Source: Glaucostegus cemiculus
Taxonomy: Eukaryota
Length of the DNA: 64,000 nt
Assembly: GCA_976551045.1 (NCBI GenBank)
Contig: CDPCPM010000114.1
Span: 22,134,001 to 22,198,000, forward strand
Reading direction: 5' to 3'
Position 1 is the first letter of the stretch. Each line of letters begins with the position of its first letter. The position numbers and the translations under genes were made by a program. Shown in pieces: positions 54,533-64,000 of the stretch. The notes under the pieces are model-generated. The model had not been told where the DNA came from. It worked only from the letters and a program-made list of their open reading frames with translations, and made no database searches.

Positions 54533-55204
54533 AAACTCAAACGACACTTCAGGGCTTACTCGATAGTGACTTTCTCGCCCTGAAAACTCCTTGATCGTGA
54601 CTGTCCATGCAAATACCTGTGTTCTTCTACAGGTTAGCAGCAAAGTGAATTCCGTCACTTTGTTCCACAGTATCTGCCACTCTGAAGAGCATCCAAAATG
54701 TGGTTGTTCACGCAAACACCTGTGTCCTTCTACAGGTTACCGACAAAGTGAACTCCACTGGACTACTCCAGAAATCCATCCACGGATTTTAGTGACAAAC
54801 ACAGTTACTGTCCTTCATCCATCGTCAGAAACAAAACAGGCTGCCGTCTCTCCTTCTTCTTTCTCTCCGCCTGTCTGTCTGTCCGTCTCTCCTATCTTTT
54901 TTTCTCTCTTGTAATGACCTCATCACGTTAGTCTTATCTTCTGTTGACGTAATACGTTGCACACACACACACAATGTCCCATCTTAAAGGGATATTTGCC
55001 TATAGTAAGGTACTTCGTAACACATTGAACAATCACCCTAACACTACCCATAATTTAACTAATGGTATATATAGCATATCTAATCATTAATTAGAAATAT
55101 TTTATGATTATTATCTTGAAAAATACTTTAAAAATGCCTGGGAAAATTTATGTAAAGTTAGATTTCTGTAAGTCGGGTCATTTGCAACTCAGGGAACCCC
55201 TGTG

Positions 55205-55330
55205 TTCTGATGCTGGTCATGGGAAGAGATTACCAGTCAGAAGAGGAAAAGCTTCAAAGATGTACTCCAGACACAACGCATCTTGGGAATCTCTGGCCCA
55301 TGACCACTCAAAGTGGAGAAGGGTCAGTTC
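55205..55330 (+). mobile_element. RTE-type LINE 3' remnant
   Basis: Degenerate QKRKSFKDVL and SWESLAHDHSKWRR motifs. Confidence 0.55.
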
Positions 55331-56667
55331 TCTATTGGAGCCACATTCAACATAAACAGTTTCTGTACTTTAAAAAAAGATTTTATGTCATTTAAACTTC
55401 CATTCTCCCAGAAATAACTATGTGTACTGCCTTTTGCTACTTTGAATAATAAATCAGTGCACAACCACAATATTCTGAAGCTTTAGGTAGGGCCTTAGAT
55501 GGTATGTATTTTTTTTTTGGTGGAAGTGATGGAGAAGTGATGTTGAGTTGAGGGAGAAACTTAAGAGCTAAATATACATTTAACAAAGTGTCTTGGATTC
55601 TGCATTGCATCATTTCTCTGAACAGAACAAACAGTGCAGTTCATTGCTGTACCAGCCCTGGATCTTGTTCTTATAAAATGTTGGGAAGGAGCCTTTTGCT
55701 GACTATTAACACATACGGTTTATTGGGAATGACATCTGGATCTGTAGCCAGTTAATTTCCTTTAAAGTTCAAGGTGGAATCTTGCAATTTTGAGTCATCA
55801 AACTATGGAACCATTCAAAGTCAGCACTGTGTATAAAATGGCCCACTGGAGGATTTGATTTAGTTAATCTGTAACTTACTGTTGAAAACTGATTCATTAA
55901 TGTGGTCTGTTGGTTCCAATCCTTGTGTCAATGCATGGGCACAGTCACTTCATCTCACAGTCACTTTGTCCTAGAGTCGTATGGTTTCATAGCTTTTTTT
56001 CTCTTGTGTCCAAGCACAAAGGGAGTCATTTTGTTTTAATGTTGGATCCATAAGGTGATGTCAGGAATGGAAAATGGGATTTTTCAGTCTGTGAAAAATT
56101 CTATTCACTGTACAGGTTGGCTCCATGAATCTATCCATTATTGTTTATAGTACTTCACCATTTCCTTCAGATATTCCTTTCTGCCCCCACCTAATAAAAG
56201 TTTAAAAAAAAATACAATTGCACAATTTTTATTTTGCTACCAACATTGTGAGTACTTAGGGAGAAGGAATGGCTGTATAGCACCAATTATTTAAAAGCAA
56301 AATGCAGCAGATGCTGGAAATCTAAAATAAAGTCAAAGATGCTGGAAGTATTAGTAGATCAGACAGCATCTGATGAAAGGTCATTGACTTGAACCTGTTT
56401 CTCTCTCTCCACATAATGCTACCTGACCTGATGAGTGATCTCTGTTTTATCTTGGGACCAATCATTGATCCATATGGGATTACACATGCTCTCTTAAACT
56501 CAAGCAGACAAAAGACCCATCTGTCTCCAAAAGCTGACTTAGCTAATTGTCATGCGGATTATAAAAGATCTGGATTTTCAGACAGGTTGAGGATCTGTAG
56601 CTATCATCTATGGGTAGTTTTTGGAGCATGTCAGTCACTTTGTCATAAACCCTGTTACTGTTTGCAG

Positions 56668-56834
56668 ATGGAGAGACCTATTCCTGGGGCCTCAACAGCA
56701 GCTGCCAACTGGGAAATGGAACAACTGGTCCTAGCTCATTGCCTTTCCTCGTTTCCAGCATGTTCTATAATAAGAAAGTAGTGGAAGTAGCTTGTGGCTC
56801 CTGTCATTCTATGATTCTCACAACAGAGGGAGAG
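56668..56834 (+). CDS. RCBTB1: RCBTB1 coding exon 3 (DGETYSWGLNSSCQLGNGTT...VEVACGSCHSMILTTEGE)
   Basis: 167 bp with AG/GT, phase-compatible; RCC1 repeat. Confidence 0.9.
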
Positions 56835-58487
56835 GTGAGAGGTGACTTTCTTGTTTTGGAGTGACAACATTGTATTTTTGTTTGTTTCATAATATAACTT
56901 TATCTACATTGGTCATACACTTTGTAGCTTAAAAATCAACCATAATGAAATGACAAATCTAATGTATTATGTTTTGTATTTCATAAAGGTTGAAATGAAA
57001 AACTCAGTGAGCTTTAACAAAATTTCCTTTATCAGTATTTTTCATATAATCAAATGGAACTGAGGGAGGTCATTCGCCTTATTGTGCCAGTACTTGCTCT
57101 TTGAAAGAACTGTCTTTTTCTTTTCAGATGTATGTTCAGATCCTTATTGTATCTAGTTTCATGATTCTTGCAGGCAGCAAATTCCAGATCAGAATGACTT
57201 GTCACGTAAATGAGAACAACATTGTAGATTAACATACTTCTGATGATCAAGGAAGCAAAATTCAGAATAAAAAGATAGTGAAGACAATAAATGACTTTTG
57301 AGATAGACTTGCAGCCTATTGAGTGATTGGAGGCAATTCTTAATTAATATCTGGTGGGATCCTGGCTAATTCAGGTTGGCTGTCTATTTAATGGTGAATA
57401 AAACTGAGCACAGTAATACTGATTTGCAACTCAAACCCATCCATTTTCCTCCAAAGGTTGCTTACCAGCTTACACATGTCTGACCTACACAGCAGCAGAT
57501 ATGGTAGTATTCAATCCTCCCAAGGTTGTAAGGAAAAGTAAGGGCACTTTAACCATTTGGCCACAACTATAGTTTCAGCACTGGGCACCACTCTTAGGAA
57601 AATAGCAAAAGTATTAGGGTGCAGAAGGGATTTGCTAAAGTAATTCTAGGGATGAGGCTCATCAATTATCTGAATTTAGTGTAGAAGCTGGGATTGATCT
57701 CCTTGGAACAGCAGAGGTTAAGAAGAGACGCGAGAGGGAAATGGACAGTTGATGTTTCAGGTGTAGACCCTTCATCTGGACTGAGAGAGTAGAATGGAAA
57801 ATGATCAGTGTGAAGGGGTGAGGGGAAGGGGTGGGGCAAGAGCTGGTAAGTGATAGGTAGATCCAAGTGAGAAGGAGTGATTGGCAGATGGAGTTAGGTG
57901 GGGGGAGGGAAGGTTGGAAATAGTGACAGAGGCAACAAAAGGCTGCAGGTGATGGAGTCTGATAAGAAAGGAAGGTGGAGCATGGAACCGTGGTTGAGAA
58001 GAGATCTGATAGAGATATTTACAATTATGAAGAGTATTGACTGAATGGATGGAGAGAAATTTTTCCCATTGGCAAATGAGTCAATAACCAAGGAACATTT
58101 AATGAAGGTGATTGACAAAAGATTTAAAAGTGACATGAGGAACTTTTAAGTCACTAGAATGATAGCCAGAGGTAGTTGTGGAGGCAGATCCAAATGTAGT
58201 GTTCAAAAAGGTGCTGGATAAGTAACAAAAAGAAAACTATGTACAGGGCTTTGGGAAGAGGGTGAGAGAATGAGACCAAATAGATTGCTTTTACAAAGTC
58301 CAGTATAGATTTGATGGGCTGAAGGTTCTCTTTCCATGCTGTAATGATTCTGAGAGTTATTTTCCATAAGTTGGACCATTCAGTATTTGGAAGATTAGAT
58401 CCTCAGAATCAGGAGCATTTTACATGTGGCAATTTCTGTTCCAAGACAGACTTTGTCGAGTTAATTGCATTTTATACTTGGCTGTAG

Positions 58488-58721
<234 letters not shown>

Positions 58722-58879
58722 TGATCCAGCATGCTAGCTGGTGTTCATTGTAATTTTGCTTATGTTACTGGAAGGTTAATAAGGGTAGAGCGATTCACAG
58801 TGCTATGAAAATTTACCACATCAGTCTTGGGTTTCACACTGGTATTGAGTAAGGAGGGTGAAACTAGTATTGATTTCAG

Positions 58880-59080
58880 CAGCAGAGTGGTGCAACTGGC
58901 AGAGCTGCTGTCTCACAGCTCCAGTGGTCCATGTTCAATCCTGACCTTGGGTGCTGTCTGTGTGAAGTTTGAACGCTCTCACTGTGACTGTGGGTTTTCT
59001 CTGGGAGCTCCAGTTTCTTCCCACCTCCCACCCAATGCTAATTGCCCCTCTTGTGGGTTTGTGGTGGAGTCTGAGGGGCA
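58880..59080 (+). mobile_element. tRNA-derived V-SINE (HE1-like); another copy on the minus strand at ~18960-19250
   Basis: GTTCAATCC B box followed by a degenerate V-domain core. Confidence 0.75.
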
Positions 59081-60817
59081 TTCAAAAGTACTTCCCCGGT
59101 TGTAAGGCCCTTGGGTTGTTCTAGGGTCATGAAAGGTACTGTGTAAATGCAAGTCTTTATTTTGGAATTAATTAAAGGATCCTGATTACTTTAAGTGTGA
59201 AACTTAAACAGTTTGCCTTTGAAACCTCAATTATAATTTCCCATTACATTAAAGAGTTTTGCATTGTGGACCAGTGATTAATATTTTGTAGCAATGTCTC
59301 TGTAGATTGCAGTGTGATGTCAACCCTAAATCCATTTGAAAGGTGAGAGCTCCCTCCTGAACTTCTTAGACTTGTGTCTTAATGTAAAGAGAGAACCCAA
59401 CTCCTGTCCACTTCGTAAACTGGCTGTCTAAATACAGCGAGACCCTTTGTTGCTAAGATTTGTTTGGTGTTTTGCCATTAAAATAACTTTAGTTTCTGGC
59501 TGTGCATTCAACTCTGCCAGTGTTGACTACTGGAGTTTGAGAGAGATGGGATCAACTCTTACTTGACAACTTCAGTTCATATTATGAATGATGCTTTGGT
59601 GCAACATCGAAGGAAATTCTTCACCATCCTGCCCATCATTCATCCTTAAGCCAGGACTGCCAAACAGATTAACTGGCCATTTAGCTAATTTCCTTCTTCT
59701 GACCATTATCTTTGCCTACAAGTCAACATTATTTGCATTTTAAAAGCTCCCCTAGAGACATGAAAGATATTTCTTCTCTCTATAGAAATCAGTTTGTAAT
59801 CTGATTTCAAGTATGATTGAACAAAATGTATTTAGTGGTATTTTATCCCCTTTCTGAATCATGTATTCAGTATTTTCTTTGTGGAATTAATACAAATATT
59901 CAAAAGGAAAGGAAAGAAATCAGTTTGTGTGCCACTTGTGGAATTGTGGTCAGAACCTTGCATCAGTCTTGTAACCATTTCAATTTCAACTGCGCAATCA
60001 CTGTCAATGAGCCCTGTGATGAGCAGTAGGAAACTATGTGTCTTCCACTCAGTTTTATTGAGGGGGATTTATTCATTGTTTGAATAGTTAGTTATGGCTG
60101 TGTGGAGTTTGGAGAACAGAAGAAGGTTTTATCCTTGGAGCAGAGAAAATTAAAGAGACATATGGTAGTGGTAGGTAGGGAGAATCTGTTTCCACTGCCA
60201 CAAAGTTCAATTAGCAGAAGGCACGTTTAATGTACACTTAGTCTTTGTTATTCACAAAGGAGAGGGGCACAGACTTCCTGCAGGTAACAAAAATAGTGTA
60301 TACCGCTAAGGCTACTGACAATGATGCTAAGGCTGCAATGACGTTGAGCATCTATTCCTTAATGATATTAAAAACTTCTGTGTAAGTTTCAGCTTTCATG
60401 TTTCAATTTGTTAAACCAAACTGAAACTTGCAAGTACTCTGGGCTCTGGCTCCAGCCATACCCTACCCACGTTCCAGGTATTCCCAACCCTGGCCTCAAC
60501 GCCTGCTCCGGCTGCACACGGACAATTGATATTTCACTGCTTGGAAGCACGAGACGTCAAATGCAATTCATCTCGTGCCAAATGGGATATCACAGTAGAG
60601 GGCTCTGAGGAACACTTGCCAACACTCCCAGTAATGCACAACTGAATGCAGATACATGGATCTGCGGACAGTGTAATTGACAGGAGCCAGGGAGACTTCT
60701 TTTAATGCAGTAATTCACATTACCTTGTCTAGAAGCATGGTGGAAGCAGATTCAGTCGTGACTTTCAAAAGGGAACTGGATAGATACTTGGGGGGAGGAG
60801 AGGGAATGCAACATTAA

Positions 60818-61093
<276 letters not shown>

Positions 61094-62009
61094 TAACTTT
61101 TCCTCCAAGTGGCATGACCTGAATTTTAAGTTGTTCTGTTTAGTTGCATGAAGTGAAAAAGTTTTAAAATCATTTAGAAGCTTTTTTTAAAGAACATTTG
61201 TGATCCATTCAACCTTGCTTTATACACTGGTTTACAACCTAGCAGCTTTGGTGCAATTAATCCGTGCAGCCTGGTTTTGTTATGCTTAAATGATGCCATA
61301 GGTTGAAAGTATTTGGGTTTTGAATTGTGTGTTTATTTTCTCTTTAATCCCTTGGTATAATACAAGTTAATCAGCTCTAGATGCACACTTGTCCTTTTTA
61401 TTTAATTTCCCTATGGTTTTAAACTTTATGAGTGAATTTTAAAAAAAGCCTAAGTTGGCTCATTGTTCTTTCAGAGACGGCATTATGTACGTGTGGGGAC
61501 AGGATGATGCGTCATTGACTAAATTCAAATGTGAACTGCATAATAAAAAAAATTGTTTTGAAATGAATAACTGCTGGATTTTTTAAGAAATGACATTTTT
61601 GTTGTGCTTTTTCATGGCAAATACGTTTTAACAAATTCCTTGCAGTTACATTGTGATCACAAAGTATTTTTAAGAGTGTTATGTACTATTATCTAGGATA
61701 TGTGGCACATAAACAGCTCAGTTCGTCCAACCAGTCTGTGCCAGAGTTTGTTCTGCATGAGCTTTCCTTTCTCGTCTAAGTCTATCCACGTGACCCTGTA
61801 TTCCCTTCTCTCGCAGCCTCCCCATAAATGCTTCAGTACTGTTCAACAGCTCCCCAAGCTGTCCAGTTCCACCTTCTCACTACCTTTGTGTACAGCATTT
61901 TCTTCTGAATTCCCTATTAACCTGTGGTACAACTTTTTATGGTCAGTGTATATTTGTACTCTGAGGTCCCTTTGTTTCTCTACCCCACCTAGATTTGCAT
62001 CTTCCAAGT

Positions 62010-62548
62010 AATGTGACCTTCCTATCCCTCCAGAAGATAGTTAAGGCTGCGGAGTGGATCATAGGTGTCTCGCTTCCATCCCTCGCAGACATATACAAAG
62101 ACCGTTGTGTGAGGAAGACCAAAAGCATAATGGCCGACCCCTCTCACCCCTCCCACCACCTCTTCACAATTTTGCCATCAGGGAGGAGGCTTAAATGTAT
62201 CAGGGCAAGAACGTCCAGGCTGAACAAAAGCTTCTTTCCGCAAGCCATAAGAACTGCAAACTCTCTCATCCCTCCATCTTCCTTTGTTAACACTAGGAGA
62301 TGCTAGGTGCACAGAAATGCACCAGCACTCCAAATGCCTGGCACCAGCCCGTTCACTTTAAGATATATTTATGTAAGAACTAATGGGTAATGTTTTGTAC
62401 TGTGTATTTTTGTACTGTGTATGTGTCTCTCTGTTGGTTGTTATGTTATTCTTTTCTATGAGACGTGTTCCTGTGGAGGACGATATCTCGCTCCTATGCG
62501 TACCATGTATGTATATGGTTGTGACAATAAAACTGATTCTGATTCTGA
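62010..62548 (+). mobile_element. Rex1/Babar-type LINE 3' end
   Basis: DPSHPSHHLFTILPSGRR...RTSRLNKSFFPQAIR C-terminus, then AATAAA and an (ATTCTG)n tail. Confidence 0.9.
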
Positions 62549-64000
62549 AAATGTACTACCTGTATATTTGCCCATTTTGCAAATTTATTCATCCATTCAT
62601 TATTTTTTGTAGTCCTCCTCATTGATCTTTTCTTCTAAACCAACCCCGCCCCCACACCACCCCACTAAATAATAATGGTATCTTCACAAATTTAGAAATT
62701 GCATTTTGAGTTCTAGAGTCTAAATTGTTAATGTAAATTGTGCACAGCAGTAATCTCAACACTGCTGCATTGTGAAGTTTACTCCTTTTACTCCCAGTTG
62801 CTGATTTCTGTCTTGAAGTCAGGTAGTGATTCGTTCTGCTGCCAGTCTCCTGACTCTGTGTTATCTGACCTTATTCATTAGTCTATTATACACCTAACTT
62901 GAAAACACCTTGAATGTGTAGATAAATTATATCTACAGCATTAGCATTGACTGCTCTATCTGGACCTCTTCAAATAGTTTATTAACATTGGTTATGTAGG
63001 ATCTTCCCCTTTCAAATCCATGCTGATGTTCATCATTATACTTTTTGTTCTAAATGTTCTTGCCTTTAATAGGAATTCCCTTTGTAACCAGGGATAGTAC
63101 ACTATAAAGCCTTGAACATCTTCTGTACTGTTTGTTAAGTAGATGTTACTTTAGCTATCCACTAGTACTCTGACAGTGCAGTCTTTTCAAAAAACATTGT
63201 TGAATATATCTCCAGTAGCTCTTCTCCAGATTCTTTTAACATGCACAGACATCATTCTTTTAAAATCCCAATGAAACCACTAAAAGTACTTGTCTATCAA
63301 TTATTTGCCTAAAGGTCATTAAACACCACTGCAATATTCTGAGTTTCTGTCTGAAAATGTATCCTCTGGCAATTTAAGTATCATTCTGATTAAGTGTTTT
63401 AATTTAAGGTTGATGTGTTGACCATTGACCAGTTAATGATTACATTGGCTGATGCTTTTTTCCTTATGTTTGCTAAGTGACTTCCTCCCATCTGCATAGG
63501 TTTAGTCCTTTCCTAGAAAGTGATGGAATTGAAGATAATTGTTTTACAATTTTGTAGCAGGTTTAGTTTCCAAAACGGAGGCTTGCTTAGTTTTTTTTTC
63601 CATCCTGAACACCCCCACCGCCCCCCCAAGAGGTGGTGGTACAGTACATTTTTGTGTGCTTTTGAAATGGTTTCTGCAATTTTTACTCTATCTCAAGGTA
63701 TTCTTAGAGTCATAGAATTGTCCAGCACAGAAACAGGCCCTTCAGCCCAACTCATCCATGTCTATCCACACTAATGCCATTTGCCCATATTAGGCCCCTA
63801 TCACTCTTTTCTTAACTGTGTACCCGTATAAATGCCTTTTAAATGTTGTAGCTGTATCTGCATCTACCACTTCCACTGGCTGCTCATTCCATATAACCAT
63901 CACACTGTGCGTGGAAAAACTTGCCCCTCAGATCTCTTTTAAAAATTCTCCCCTTAAACTGTGTCCTCTAGTTTTAGACTCCCCCATCCAATGGAAAAGA

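Larger units (their letters stand above)
52986..55022 (+). mobile_element. Defective Gypsy-type LTR retroelement with inverted terminal arms
   Basis: Full LTR 52986-53797 (TGTTACGAA...TTCGTAACA), PBS, truncated gag, then the reverse complement of LTR bases 1-517 (54499-55022); CATT on both flanks. Confidence 0.9.

Noticed and set aside
53075-54914. Near-identical 111-aa (minus) and 107-aa (plus) ORFs, suggesting a duplicated gene
   Set aside because: They are the same antisense reading of the two inverted LTR arms; one starts at TTG-type non-ATG codons and neither has a recognisable domain.
52986-55022. DIRS-type or DNA-transposon interpretation of the inverted arms
   Set aside because: A complete TG...CA LTR, tRNA-Pro PBS and 4-bp TSD indicate an integrase-type LTR element; no tyrosine recombinase or transposase sequence is visible.

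Overview
Vertebrate nuclear DNA, probably from a cartilaginous fish (inferred from the repeat content: CR1-type LINEs, V-SINE/HE1-like SINEs, Rex1/Babar LINEs). Three intron-containing genes are present. KPNA3 coding exons 1-4 lie on the minus strand (22010 down to 593, continuing off the left edge). A complete 4-exon EBPL lies on the plus strand (22677-28145, 207 aa), head-to-head with KPNA3 across a CpG island. The first five coding exons of RCBTB1 lie on the plus strand (42303-61033, continuing off the right edge). Most other ORFs in the track are retroelement remnants or repeat artefacts. There is an assembly gap at 20881-21372. The most unusual items are: (1) a 2,037-bp Gypsy-derived element whose two ends are both the LTR's left end in inverted orientation, yet which is flanked by one 4-bp TSD; (2) five same-orientation CTCF-like motifs between the KPNA3 and EBPL starts; (3) a TSD-flanked non-autonomous LINE-tailed element carrying a CpG-rich 36-bp minisatellite; (4) a duplicated EBPL exon 3 that could only add a premature stop; (5) a perfect 28-bp-arm hairpin in KPNA3 intron 1. 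Gene names rest on my recall of human protein sequences, not on a database search. Repeat boundaries without a TSD are approximate.
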